The notes under the pieces are model-generated. The model worked only from the letters and a program-made list of their open reading frames with translations. It ran no database searches and was not told the DNA's origin. Shown here in pieces: positions 39,242-49,577 of a DNA stretch of 64,000 bases. Position numbers and translations under genes: made by a program. Source of the DNA: Candidatus Latescibacterota bacterium (GTDB lineage: Bacteria; Latescibacterota; UBA2968; UBA8231). The stretch spans positions 4,992,001 to 5,056,000 of the forward strand of contig OZ242214.1 of NCBI GenBank assembly GCA_965206595.1, written 5' to 3'. Each line of letters begins with the position of its first letter. The first letter of the stretch is position 1.

Positions 39242-41171
39242 CAGTTGTAAATCGGGTGCCCTTTCCCGAAAAAGAAGATCCAGTCGACGATAAAAGAGAT
39301 TCCGATGCCGAGGAAATACCCGCTGATCAGGCCGAGGAAAAAAGGCCGGAGTCGTCGATACAGTCCAACGCCCCCGGAGTACATGACGGCGCTCTTGATC
39401 GCCCAGGCGAGGAACACCGAGACGACGGTGTAGCGAATCATCCACAGCGTCGCTACCGTCAGGCCAACCGGGTGCAGGGGTCACCAGGTGAACCGGTACT
39501 GGCAGAAAGCCAGCGCCGAGTACATGCCCGCCCCGATGGAAAAAAGAGTCAGTCGGTGCCAGTCGGTGCCAGTCGGGGCCAGTCGGGGCGTCAAGGTGGA
39601 ACCCCATGTTTCCGAAGGCGATGTTGCCGGCATGGTTCCACAGGCCGTTGGCGAAATTGCTGGCCCCGTATTCGTAGCCGATGTAGATGAGGAAGGACAG
39701 GCTTGCCGGAAATCCGACGAGAACGGCAATCCCGATGGCAATGCCGAGAAGTCGTTTGTTGCCGTACGCCCGGTTGAGCCGGGCACCGTGAGCGGCCGAA
39801 GGACGACTGCACGTCTCCGAACCATGAATACGAGACCGGGATCGCACCGATGTTCGAGGGGGTCAGCGCCGTCCCGGTTACCGCCGTTGCAAACGCCTGT
39901 CCCGTGATCGGCATCGTAAGGTAGTAGAGCCCCGACTGGATCACGAGACGGGTGATGCCGAGATAGGCGACGACCACCGTGAACACCACAAGCAGCGATA
40001 CCGGGAGATCCATGCCGGCGCGGCATAGCCACCAGACGACGTAGGCCAGTCCGGCCAGGAGTCCGTACCCCGCCATGCGGTAAGACAGCATCTCCCCGCG
40101 GTCGTCGAGTCCGGCGTCACCTCGCACCAGGTTCCGGCCGACCGCGGCCAGGTGGCGGCGGCTCATCCACACACTCCACAGCACCATGGCGGTGAACGAT
40201 CCCCAGGCCTGCCAGGTCAGGGTCTGCAGTCCCCACTGGAACGGTTCGGGGGTCGTGGTGTCGATGCCGATACGGTTGATGACCCCTTCCTGCAGTGTCG
40301 CCACGAGGTAGAAGAACCAGATGCTGAACGAAATCCCGGTGCTGGCGAGGAACATGAACCCCAGCACCGGGATGTGGAGCATCAGGTGTACGACGGGAAA
40401 TTCCGGACCCAGTCGAACGGACACGGGCCGATAGAAGGAGAGTTCCGGAAAGCCGGGCTCGAAATAGCGGATCATGTTGAACGACATGATCGCCACGACC
40501 ACGCTGCAGCCGATCCAGAAACTTTTCTGCTGCAGCAGCGACGCGGGGCCTGGCGTCTCGACCAGCCGGCGAGGCAGCTCGATCATCGGAAATCCGAGAC
40601 GCTCGTGCTCCACCCACTGGCGGCGGAAGATCACGACTAAGCAGAAAGAGACGAGGTAGACCGCCAGAATGACGCTCAACCACCAGGCCATGGGACTGAG
40701 CCAGACCTCCCACGGAATCGACCGGCCTCCGGGCAGCCCCTCGAAATACCAGACTATGGCGTTCCCGCCCTGTGGCAGCGTCCATTCCGGCAGGAACGGA
40801 TGTACGTCCTCCGCCCACCTGTTTTCCGGGGTGGCGTGATAATAGGGGGAACTGATGATGGCCAGTCCCCAGCTCAGCATGAAGATCGGAATGCCACTGA
40901 CGACGAGACCCATCGTCACGATGGTCATCAGTTGGGCCGGCTGCAGGGCGCCGGCCCAACCCAACCGCCGGCACAGCGCGTTGGCGAACGCGAGGACTGT
41001 GAAGGGAAACCCGACCCCCCAGGGAAAGTAGGACCAGGTAGGTTCGGAGGAGCCGGCTATATAGATGGAAAAGGGGGAGCCGACAACAACGACGATGACC
41101 ATCGCGATTCCAAGCAGCAGGGATCGCGGGGTTAGTCCTGCGCGCGTGCGTAAGGATGTTTCGGTTTCCAT
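39241..41171 (-). pseudogene. DUF6785/DUF6784-like (OPT-related) multi-pass membrane transporter with three lesions
   Basis: RRQWVEHERLGFP, FWIG and W*PLHPVG motifs; frameshift near 39800, 10-bp duplication at ~39551-39570, TGA at 39481-39483. Confidence 0.75.
39551..39590 (+). repeat. Four imperfect tandem 10-mers
   Basis: AGTCGGTGCC AGTCGGTGCC AGTCGGGGCC AGTCGGGGCG. Confidence 0.85.
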
Positions 41172-41401
41172 GCGGCCGGCACCTCATTCGCGGCTGCGGA
41201 CTCCAGCGCTGGGAACCGTGTCGGCTTAGAGGGGTGCTTTTTCGATCTGGGTGAGGGTTTTCCGGAGCCGCCGCAGGGCCGGGCATGCAGGCCTGCTGGA
41301 AACAGAGTCAAAGGAACGATGCCGCCATCCCGCCAGATGCAGCAGCAGGTTCGGAGTGCCGGAAGCAGCTTCCCTTTTTCTCAGCAGTTATTGCGGGGGT
41401 G

Positions 41402-41488
41402 TGGTGCCGAAGGTGGGACTCGAACCCACACGACCTGATGGTCACTGGATTTTGAATCCAGCGCGTCTACCAGTTCCGCCACTTCGGC
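41402..41488 (-). tRNA. tRNA-Leu(CAA)
   Basis: GCCGAAGTGGCGGAACTGGTAGACGCG-CTGGA-TTCAAAA-TCCAG...GGGTTCGAGTCCC-ACCTTCGGCA-CCA; long variable arm; encoded CCA. Confidence 0.97.
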
Positions 41489-41520
41489 TGTTGGAGCGGC
41501 AGAAGATGGCTCTACCGCCC

Positions 41521-42111
41521 TTATCCGTACAGCTCGTCTGTCCTGTCTGCCTTGGGCTTCCCGAAAATCTCGGCGTAGACAATGGCCTCCCGCGCTGTTT
41601 CTCGGGTGAAGCTCCACTTGCTGCGGCGTTTTCGATTCAAAACCTGTACCGTCTTCACCGGCTCGAGCCGCGGCGTTGCACGCTCCCGGACGCGCTCGGC
41701 AGGTTGGCGACTGCTCGCCCTCTGTTCGAGCTGGCGGACCCGCTCATCCTCGGCACGGGAGCGTCTTTCCTCTTCCCGGGCGAAATCCTCGAGCCGCTGG
41801 AAAATATTGGGGCGGCTCGGCGGCTCCGGCTCCTCCCGGTCGTCGACAACTTCCGCGGCCGCCGGCTGGGGAGAGCGTTCTTCCTCCAGCTCTTCCTCAG
41901 CCGGCCGGGAAGGCCGTGGCGGGCGCACCGGCTCGAAGGGATCTCCCCCCATCGGAAAGGGCCACGTCCCTTCTTCCTCTCCCTCTCGTTCCGCCTTCCC
42001 GGGCCCGCTGTCCTGGCGTTGCTCTTCGCGCTGTCTCTTGCGCTTGCGTCGCTCGAGCAGCGCCGAGACAACGCTGAAGAGCACGAACAGCAGGAATAGT
42101 AGTTGCTCCAC
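41521..42111 (-). CDS. Hypothetical membrane-anchored protein of the floA operon (YqfB-like)
   Basis: N-terminal TM helix, charged linker, C-terminal AREAIVYAEIFGKPKA; GGAG RBS. Confidence 0.8.
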   Translation of the reverse strand: MEQLLFLLFVLFSVVSALLERRKRKRQREEQRQDSGPGKAEREGEEEGTWPFPMGGDPFEPVRPPRPSRPAEEELEEERSPQPAAAEVVDDREEPEPPSRPNIFQRLEDFAREEERRSRAEDERVRQLEQRASSRQPAERVRERATPRLEPVKTVQVLNRKRRSKWSFTRETAREAIVYAEIFGKPKADRTDELYG

Positions 42112-42158
42112 GACTCCTACCTGCTCCTCAGCGCGCCTCGAAGCCGGCCGCGGACGGG

Positions 42159-43136
42159 CTACTCATCATCTGCGCCATCCGTTTCCGAAATCGAGGTCCG
42201 CATTTCGGTGTCGGATTGAATGTTGCGCATGCGGTAATAATCCATGATCCCGAGGTTGCCGCTGCGGAACGCCTCGGCCATCGCGCGCGGCACCTCCGCC
42301 TCAGCCTCCTTGACCCGGGCGCTCATCTCCTCGACGAGTGCGTTCATCTCCTGCTCGCGCGCCTGCGCCATGGCGCGGCGCTCTTCGGCCTTCGCCTGGG
42401 CAATCTTGAGATCGGCGTCGGCCTGCTCGGTCTGCAACTTGGCGCCGATGTTCTCGCCGACATCGACGTCGGCGATGTCGATCGACAAAATCTCGAAAGC
42501 TGTGTTGGAATCCAGCCCCTTTCCCAGCACCGTCTTTGATATGTTGTCCGGATTCTCGAGCACCTGCTTGTGCGTCGAGGCTGAGCCGACCGTGGTGACG
42601 ATCCCCTCGCCGACCCGCGCAATGATGGTCTCTTCACCAGCGCCGCCAACCAGGCGGTCGATGTTGGCCCTCACGGTGACGCGGCAGGTCGCCTTCACCT
42701 GGATTCCGTCCTTGGCGATGGCGGCGATCAGCGGGGTGTTGATCACCTTCGGGTTGACGCTGACCTTGACCGCTTCGAGCACGTCGCGTCCGGCCAGATC
42801 GATCGCCGTCGCGCGTGCGAAGGTGAGCTCGATGTTGGCCTTGTCTGCCGAAATCAATGCCAGGATCACCGCCTCGACATTGCCGCCAGCCAGGTAGTGG
42901 GCTTCCATGCGGTCCAACTCTACGTCCAAGCCCGCCTTGGTGGCGCTTATTTTCGGCCTGACGATCGCTGCGGGCGGAACCTTGCGCAGCCGCATTCCCA
43001 CGAGGTCGCGGAAGATCCCCACTTTGACGCCGGAGAAGTACGCCGTGATCCACAGCCCGATCGGAACGAAATAGGTGAACAGGCTCAAAAAAATGATGAT
43101 CGCGAACAGAATCGCGACATAGAACAGTGCTTCCAT
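42159..43136 (-). CDS. floA: Flotillin-like protein FloA (YqfA)
   Basis: [61 protein letters not shown]. Confidence 0.95.
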   Translation of the reverse strand: MEALFYVAILFAIIIFLSLFTYFVPIGLWITAYFSGVKVGIFRDLVGMRLRKVPPAAIVRPKISATKAGLDVELDRMEAHYLAGGNVEAVILALISADKANIELTFARATAIDLAGRDVLEAVKVSVNPKVINTPLIAAIAKDGIQVKATCRVTVRANIDRLVGGAGEETIIARVGEGIVTTVGSASTHKQVLENPDNISKTVLGKGLDSNTAFEILSIDIADVDVGENIGAKLQTEQADADLKIAQAKAEERRAMAQAREQEMNALVEEMSARVKEAEAEVPRAMAEAFRSGNLGIMDYYRMRNIQSDTEMRTSISETDGADDE

Positions 43137-43199
43137 TTACTGCCTCCTTCGTTGCACAGGTAGCCGCCGGTGCCTCGTTGGCACCCGCGGTCAGTGCAC

Positions 43200-43715
43200 C
43201 TATGAATCGCTCTCCGGTCGTGACTCCTGAACCACGACCCGGTTGCCGTGCACCTGCATCACTTCCACCCGGGATCCTGGATTGATGAAATCCCCCTCGG
43301 TCACGACGTCCACGACGCGGTCGCCGAACTGCGCCCGGCCGCTGGGCCGCAACGGGGTAAGGGCGACCCCTTTCTGCGCCAGCAACTCGGTGAACCCGAT
43401 CGGCGTCGACTCGTAGCCGGAGGCCTTGTCGGTTTCGGTTTCGAGCACCAGCCGCTGCCAAGCGCGGTTGCGGATCAGAAATACGACCAGGGAGACCGTG
43501 CCGGCCAGTCCCAGAAGCCCGACCACAACCGCCGCTTCCACCCCCAGTTTTCTGTAGGCCAGGAGGACGCCGACGCAGACCGTGCCGAACCCCATGATGC
43601 CGAAGATGTTGAACCCCGGGATGACGAAGATCTCGAGCAGGATGAGCACGAAGCCGAGAATCAAAAGCCCGATCGAGTAGAGCCACGGCATGAGCTCGGG
43701 ACCGAAGGCGCTCAC
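43200..43715 (-). CDS. Short NfeD-family membrane protein
   Basis: LLEIFVIPGF, GVALTPLRPSG, DVVTEGDFI; GTG overlaps the upstream stop codon. Confidence 0.85.
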   Translation of the reverse strand: MSAFGPELMPWLYSIGLLILGFVLILLEIFVIPGFNIFGIMGFGTVCVGVLLAYRKLGVEAAVVVGLLGLAGTVSLVVFLIRNRAWQRLVLETETDKASGYESTPIGFTELLAQKGVALTPLRPSGRAQFGDRVVDVVTEGDFINPGSRVEVMQVHGNRVVVQESRPESDS

Positions 43716-45184
43716 GACGGCCTCACGATAACCCGGTTGCCGCGCGCCTCCACGACCCTCACGGCGGTGTGCTCCTCGACGAACTCCCCCTCGGCAATGA
43801 TATCGAGCCGCTTGCCGCCGAACATCCCCATTCCGGTGGGCCGCAGGGCGGTCAGGGTAACCCCCTCCTGCCCGACCAGACCCGAATCCCGGTCCGTAGG
43901 CGTACCGACGTACCCCTCCTTTGCGGAGGTTTCGCTGCGGAGGATGAGTCGGTTGAACAGGGCGAACCTCGGCAGCGCCCGCAACAGGATGGCGGCGCCG
44001 ACGATGGCGAGAATCATCGAAAGGGCCAGCTGTCCAATCACCGCGGAGATCTGGTCGAGGCTCCACCATTGGTAGGAGGGAAGGCGGGTCAGCAAGAGGC
44101 TGGCGACCATGCTGAGAATACCCGCGAGGCCCACGATCCCGAACCCGGGAATGAAGGCGATCTCGACGACCAGCAGGACGAGGCCGACCACGAACAGCGC
44201 CAGCTCGTCCCATTCCGCCAGATGCACCACGAGGTGACTGCCGAAGAAAAGCGCCAGGGCGAGCAGCGCCATCGTGCCTCCCAGGCCCCACCCAGGGGTC
44301 CGCACCTCTGCGATCAGCCCAAAGATCGCCACCGAAAGCAGTATGGAGGTGATGATGGGATTGGTCAGAAACCGCACCACCTGCTCGGCCCAGTTGATCT
44401 TCACCTCGACGATTTCGGCATCTTCGAGGTCGTAAATCCGCAGCACGCCGTGAAGGGTTTCCGCGGTCTCGTCGGCGACCCCGTACTGCAACGCCTCCTT
44501 GGTCGTCAGCGTCGCCGGACGGCCGACCACCTCGCTGAAACCCTCGATCTCGATGCGCTCGTCGACCATCGCTTCGGCGATCTCGGGATCCCTGCCGGTG
44601 CGCTCAGCCGTGGCCCGCATCTCGGCGCGCATCACGGAGACGTACTTGTCCCCCGCCTTTTCACCGCCACCCGAGACTGGCGTGACCGCTCCGATTTCGC
44701 CCCCCTTGACCATGACAATCTTGTCGCAGGACAACGCGATCAGCGCCCCCGCGGAAATCGCCCTTTTGTTGATGAACGCGATGGTCAGCGGATCAGCGTC
44801 GATGATGGCGTCCCGGATCACAGTAGCCGCGTCGACGCGGCCCCCGAAGGTATCGATGTCGAAAACGATGGCGTCGACACCGGCTTCGTCCGAGTCCCTG
44901 ATCGCCCGTTCGACGAATGCGGTGATTCCGGGATCGATCATCTCCTGCTCGGTACTGACCGTGTGCATCTCGAGCAAGTGAACGATCGGACGCTTCTTCC
45001 CGTTTTCCCCTTCCGTCTCGTTCGCAGCCGCGGCCTCGGGTACAGGCGCTTGCGCCGGCGCCTCGCTGTCGCTGGCGTCCGCCGCGGCTCCAAAGTCCGG
45101 AAATAGGCAGAGCATCGCGGCCAGGAAGCCCGTCGAAAACCCGGTGCGGCTTTGTCTTCTTCGATGTAACTGCTTGTGTTTCAT
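43712..45184 (-). CDS. nfeD: Long NfeD-family membrane-bound serine protease (YqeZ-like)
   Basis: IDTFGGRVDAA, AISAGALIA, GEIGA, AEAMVD; TM bundle; TALRPTG OB domain. Confidence 0.9.
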   Translation of the reverse strand: MKHKQLHRRRQSRTGFSTGFLAAMLCLFPDFGAAADASDSEAPAQAPVPEAAAANETEGENGKKRPIVHLLEMHTVSTEQEMIDPGITAFVERAIRDSDEAGVDAIVFDIDTFGGRVDAATVIRDAIIDADPLTIAFINKRAISAGALIALSCDKIVMVKGGEIGAVTPVSGGGEKAGDKYVSVMRAEMRATAERTGRDPEIAEAMVDERIEIEGFSEVVGRPATLTTKEALQYGVADETAETLHGVLRIYDLEDAEIVEVKINWAEQVVRFLTNPIITSILLSVAIFGLIAEVRTPGWGLGGTMALLALALFFGSHLVVHLAEWDELALFVVGLVLLVVEIAFIPGFGIVGLAGILSMVASLLLTRLPSYQWWSLDQISAVIGQLALSMILAIVGAAILLRALPRFALFNRLILRSETSAKEGYVGTPTDRDSGLVGQEGVTLTALRPTGMGMFGGKRLDIIAEGEFVEEHTAVRVVEARGNRVIVRPS

Positions 45185-45208
45185 GGCTGTTGTATGGTCA
45201 AACCATAG

Positions 45209-45238
45209 AGTGTACTCCGCCGCGATGATCGATGTCAA
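45209..45238 (-). promoter_or_regulatory. Putative sigma-70 promoter of the nfeD-floA operon
   Basis: Minus strand TTGACA (45238-45233)-N18-TACACT (45214-45209). Confidence 0.55.
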
Positions 45239-45391
45239 CACCGACGGAACCCGTTTTGACCGGCCCTTTGAAGCCCGCTACATTCAGCGCCCACGGGCAC
45301 TTCCGGCGATTCGGACCTGCCTGCCGGACACGGCCAACCTCGCGATCCGACAGCCAGTCGCTCAACTCCTTATCATTCCGGTTCTTCAAGT

Positions 45392-46384
45392 ATGGATACA
45401 ATCCGCTGGGGAATTATCGGCTGCGGCGACGTCACCGAGCTGAAGTCGGGACCGCCGCTGTACAAATGCGACGGCTCGGAGCTGGTCGCCGTGATGCGCC
45501 GCAACGGAGACCTTGCTGCCGACTACGCCCGGCGCCACGGCGTTCCCCGCTGGTACGACGATGCCGACGCCCTGATAGCCAACGGCGAGGTCGACGCGGT
45601 CTACATCGCCACCCCGCCGGACTCCCACTGCGAATACACCTTGCGGGTGGCGGCAGCGGGAAAGCCCGTCTATGTCGAAAAGCCGATGGCCCTGACCCAT
45701 TCCCAGTGCCGGCAGATGAACGAGGCCTGCGCCGCAGCCGGAGTCCCGCTGTTCGTCGCCTACTACCGCCGCCGTCTCCCTGCCTTCGTCAAGGTCGCCG
45801 AGCTGTTGCAGGCAGGGGCGGTGGGAGAGGTTCGTTTCGCCACCATTCAGCAGTACGGTCCGCCCAGCGCGGACGATCTCGACCCGAACCGGCAGCCCTG
45901 GCGCATCGTGCCGGAGATCGCCGGGGACGGCTACTTCTTCGACCTCGGCTGCCACCAGCTCGACCTGCTCGATTTCCTGCTGGGACCGGTCGCTATTGCC
46001 AGTGGAATCACCGGCAATCAGGCAGGGCTCTACCCTTCCAGCGACATCGTCAGCGCCTCTTTCCGGTTCGAATCCGGCGCCCTGGGCGGAGGCTTGTGGT
46101 GCTTCACCACCCATTCCGGAGCCGCCCGCGACCGCACCGAGATCGTCGGCAGCGAGGGCGGCATCTCGTACTCCGCTTTCGCCCTCGACGAACCGGTCGT
46201 GCTAACCACCGCTTCCGGACGCGAGGAGTTTTACCTGCCGCCGCCCGAACACGTGCAGCAGCCGCTGATTCAGTCGATTGTCGACGCCCTTCGCGGCGAG
46301 GGAGTCTGCCCGAGCACCGGCGAGACCGGGGCGCGCACCAACCGCGTCCTCGACCAGATCGTCGCCGCCCCACCGCCCGGGTAA
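45392..46384 (+). CDS. Gfo/Idh/MocA family oxidoreductase
   Basis: WGIIGCG, VDAVYIATPP, VYVEKPMA, AYYRR, DLGCHQLD. Confidence 0.93.
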   Translation: MDTIRWGIIGCGDVTELKSGPPLYKCDGSELVAVMRRNGDLAADYARRHGVPRWYDDADALIANGEVDAVYIATPPDSHCEYTLRVAAAGKPVYVEKPMALTHSQCRQMNEACAAAGVPLFVAYYRRRLPAFVKVAELLQAGAVGEVRFATIQQYGPPSADDLDPNRQPWRIVPEIAGDGYFFDLGCHQLDLLDFLLGPVAIASGITGNQAGLYPSSDIVSASFRFESGALGGGLWCFTTHSGAARDRTEIVGSEGGISYSAFALDEPVVLTTASGREEFYLPPPEHVQQPLIQSIVDALRGEGVCPSTGETGARTNRVLDQIVAAPPPG

Positions 46385-46569
46385 TTGCCCGCCAAAGGGC
46401 GTTGAAAGGCCAGCCGGAATCAACCGCCTTCGATGCATCGCCGGCGTTGTCGAAGTGGGAAACCGACTGTGCCCCGCGCTGTGCCTGCCCCGTCCAGGCC
46501 GACAAGAAACCCGTCACCTGCTCGTTGTCCCGGAGTCTCAGGAACCGGTGGAGGCGCCGCTTCGCTCGC

Positions 46570-47180
46570 CGTGGGCGAGCAGTGGGCGAGCAGCCAGCGG
46601 ATGTTGGGATAGCGTCTGGTAGCGTACTCCTCGAGATCGTCGAGGTTGCGCCGGTCGGCGCACCCGTGAAATCTGGACAGGTGCATCGTCACCACCAGCC
46701 GCGCTCGTCGGCGAGCTCCATCTGCTCGTGGGCAGAAACTCGTGGATGCGGCACTGGGCGATGTCCCCGGAGACTGAATAGGTGCGATACGGTTTGAGGC
46801 CGATGAACTGGGGGTTCCCCAGATCGCGCTCGACCTTCTCGAGATCGCACCCCTGTGTCACCAGACGGTGGTGCCGGACACCGCTACCCCTTCGATGCCT
46901 CACCACACCGATTCGGTATGTCTGGCGACGTCGATTCCCGGGGAGGGAGTGCCGAGAATAAGACATTGCATCCGGCGGCCGGGGTACAGCACTTCCGCAC
47001 ACCGGTTCAGCGTCTCCAGATCGTGGTCCCCACCCCTCAAGTTCGGGGGACCCTTCCAGTCCGGTGGACACTCGGGGTAGTCGCCGAGCCGGTAGCAATG
47101 GATGTGGGCATCGAGCATGCGGGAAGGGACGGACTCCCCCAGCTCCTCTTCCCAAATCTGTCTCCGTCAGCGCGATCTCA
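46570..47180 (-). pseudogene. Degraded amidohydrolase-2 family gene (several frameshifts, truncated)
   Basis: Fragments in different frames: LDAHIH, FIGLKPYR, CRIHEFLP, VTMHLSR, YPNIRWLLAHC; boundaries approximate. Confidence 0.7.
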
Positions 47181-47274
47181 TCTTCCTCCACCGAATCTTC
47201 CGACCACTTCGGTTTGCGGCGGGTGCGATGGCTCCCCGGCAAAGTCGACTCCCCTGAGTCGCCCATTCCGGTCG

Positions 47275-47530
47275 AAATCCTTCCACTGGAACAAAACGCC
47301 CAGCATCGATTTTTCCCGGCGAAAGGCCATCTCGTAGGCCTGCACCATTTCCGTGGTAGTGCAGCCGATGGGTGATCAGGCGCTTGGGTTCCAGACCTCC
47401 GTCCGCCATCAGCGAGAGGTGTGGCCATGTTGCGTTCGTCGGGGAAGAGCACTTTCGGCGCCGGGTAGGAGTATCCGGCGTGCCCGTTCACCGCGATCAG
47501 CGAGATCCCCTTGGTATTAGAACAATTTCA
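47275..47530 (-). pseudogene. C-terminal remnant of a Zn-binding alcohol dehydrogenase-like gene
   Basis: Broken-frame fragments ...GGLEPKRLITHRL...KSMLGVLFQW; no N-terminus. Confidence 0.5.
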
Positions 47531-47736
47531 TGGACAGAGGATTGAAGTCGAGTGGCTTCCCGCCGCGCTCGAGCAGACTGACGATCGAGACCCGGCCGCC
47601 GGAACGCACCACCTGCAGGGCGGTGCGTTAGGCCGGCCACGGATTGGCCCGTGAGAGACCAGATCGATGCCCCCGCCGGGCTGAGTAGACGGAGAGGGCG
47701 GTTCATCTGACGACCGCTCTGGTCCTGCCCGGTCCA

Positions 47737-49488
47737 CTATTCCACCCCCATGCCCTCGACGACGGTGAGGAACTGATTGACCTCCACACCGTTGAGTCGC
47801 TGCATCTCACCACCCGGCCATCTTATCTCGACGACATCGGCCACGGTTCGGTTGCCCAGCCCGAAGCTCACCCGCATGTCACTTTGCGACAGGTAGCTGT
47901 AGCTTCCCTTGACCGCCTTGACCTGTTGCAGGTCTCCCGCCCTTACGAGGATGCGAGCCCCTATGCTGTGGCGCCGGCTCACAGCTGTGAGGACGCTGAT
48001 CGACAACCAGTTGCCGGCATTGCCCCCATCGTTGCGCAACAGGGCAACCCGCTGCCCCGAGTTGCCCACGAGGATGTCGACATCCCCATCGTTGTCGTAG
48101 TCGCCGAAAGCACACCCTCTTCCGACCCTTTTCAGTCGAAGACCGGCGCCAGCCCGATCCGATACATCCTCGTACCGGTACCGCCCGCTTTCGTCGGGAC
48201 CGCGGTTGCGCAACAGCAGATCCTGTTGCGCGTAGGAAGTGTAGGGATCGACCACGTCCGCGAGATCCTGAACGTGGCCGTTGGCGGCGAACAGGTCCTG
48301 GTGCCCGTCGTTGTCGAAGTCGAAAAATCCGACACCGAATCCAAGGGGTCTCAGACTCGCCAACCCTGCACCTGACGTGTAGGAAACGTTGGAAAACCGG
48401 AGCTGCTGTCTGTATTGGTACAGGCTGTAGGGCTCGTTCTGGAAGTTGGTGACGGCGATATCCATGTCCCCGTCGTTGTCGTAGTCTCCCGCATCCACCC
48501 CCATACCAGCCTCCTTCTGACCGTCGAGGCCGTAGGCCACACCCGCCAGCGCACCGATCTCCCGGAACGAGCCGGTTCCCGTGTTGTGGTAGAGAAAGTT
48601 CCTGGTCGCGTCGTTGGCCACATAGAGATCGATCGAGCCATCCCCGTCGAAGTCCGAGGCCACTACTCCAAGTCCCCGGCCTTCCGTTTCGGCCGTGTCC
48701 ACCATTCCGCTCTGAGCCGTCACGTCGACGAACAGGCCGTCTCCCTTGTTGTTGTAGAGAATATCAGCTGCCCCACTGAAATTGCTCGGGTGAGGATAGG
48801 ACTTGAGATTCCGCACCGAAATGGACCCGGCCACGTAGGGCGCCAACTCCCGGGCTGCGAACGACAAATCGTACTTCACGTAGTTGGCGACGTACAGATC
48901 CAGGTCTCCGTCGTTGTCGTAATCGAGGAAAGCCGCACTGGTGCTCCAGCTGGTGTCCCCGACGGAGGCCCGCGGCGTCGCGTCGGCAAACCGACCGTCC
49001 CCCTGGTTTCGGTAGATCGCGTTGGCGCCGTAGTTGGTCACCAAGAGGTCCAAGTGCCCGTCGTTGTCGAAGTCGGCGGCCGCACAGCCCATCCCGTAGC
49101 CGTGGTCATTCGCTCCCGCTGCTTTGCTGATCTTCTCGAATTTCCCATCCCCCCCGTTGCGGTAGAGCCGGTTGCCCGTTTCCGAGGTGGCTCGAAATCC
49201 GGGCAGGGGCGCGCCGTTGACCAGGTAGACATCGAGGTGGTCATCCCCGTCGTAATCCAGGAAGGCGACCCCTCCTCCCATGGTCTCGGGGAAATACTTC
49301 CGCCCGTTGGCCCCGTTCACGTGCTCAAAATCGATGCCGGCCTCTGCGGATACCTCGATGAACTGGACCCCGGCAGGTTCGCTCCCGGACGGTGCCACCA
49401 CCGCTACTGGATCGATCGCCACAAACAGCGGCAGGAAAACACCCCGACGGAAAAGCCGTTTCGCCCCCGTTCGGTCGTTCAATGACAC
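47737..49488 (-). CDS. CRTAC1/ASPIC-UnbV family FG-GAP-repeat protein
   Basis: ETMGGGVAFLDYDGD, repeated D.DNDGD.DL, AGMGVDAGD, RGCAFGDYDNDGD, SYLSQSD..VSFGLG. Confidence 0.92.
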   Translation of the reverse strand: MSLNDRTGAKRLFRRGVFLPLFVAIDPVAVVAPSGSEPAGVQFIEVSAEAGIDFEHVNGANGRKYFPETMGGGVAFLDYDGDDHLDVYLVNGAPLPGFRATSETGNRLYRNGGDGKFEKISKAAGANDHGYGMGCAAADFDNDGHLDLLVTNYGANAIYRNQGDGRFADATPRASVGDTSWSTSAAFLDYDNDGDLDLYVANYVKYDLSFAARELAPYVAGSISVRNLKSYPHPSNFSGAADILYNNKGDGLFVDVTAQSGMVDTAETEGRGLGVVASDFDGDGSIDLYVANDATRNFLYHNTGTGSFREIGALAGVAYGLDGQKEAGMGVDAGDYDNDGDMDIAVTNFQNEPYSLYQYRQQLRFSNVSYTSGAGLASLRPLGFGVGFFDFDNDGHQDLFAANGHVQDLADVVDPYTSYAQQDLLLRNRGPDESGRYRYEDVSDRAGAGLRLKRVGRGCAFGDYDNDGDVDILVGNSGQRVALLRNDGGNAGNWLSISVLTAVSRRHSIGARILVRAGDLQQVKAVKGSYSYLSQSDMRVSFGLGNRTVADVVEIRWPGGEMQRLNGVEVNQFLTVVEGMGVE

Positions 49489-49577
49489 CTTCTGAGCACG
49501 GAGGCATCCTCCGCGAGGTTCGTCAGCACCCGGAATCGCTGCAGTGCTTTTTCCGCTGCTTCCCCGCGCGGGCGGAA

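Noticed and set aside
39481-39483. In-frame TGA as a second selenocysteine or a UGA=Trp recoding
   Set aside because: The context suggests Trp (WWPLHP-like), not Cys; no clear SECIS; the gene has other lesions; TGA is a normal stop elsewhere in the window
39551-39590. Tandem 10-mers as a CRISPR array or phase-variation switch
   Set aside because: No spacers or cas genes; the gene is also broken at two other sites, so switching would not restore it
41402-41430. tRNA 3' end as an attachment site for an integrated element
   Set aside because: No duplicate of the tRNA 3' end and no integrase noticed in the window (by eye only)
41521-45184. nfeD-nfeD-floA operon as a novel system
   Set aside because: Matches the known yqeZ-yqfA(floA)-yqfB type of arrangement
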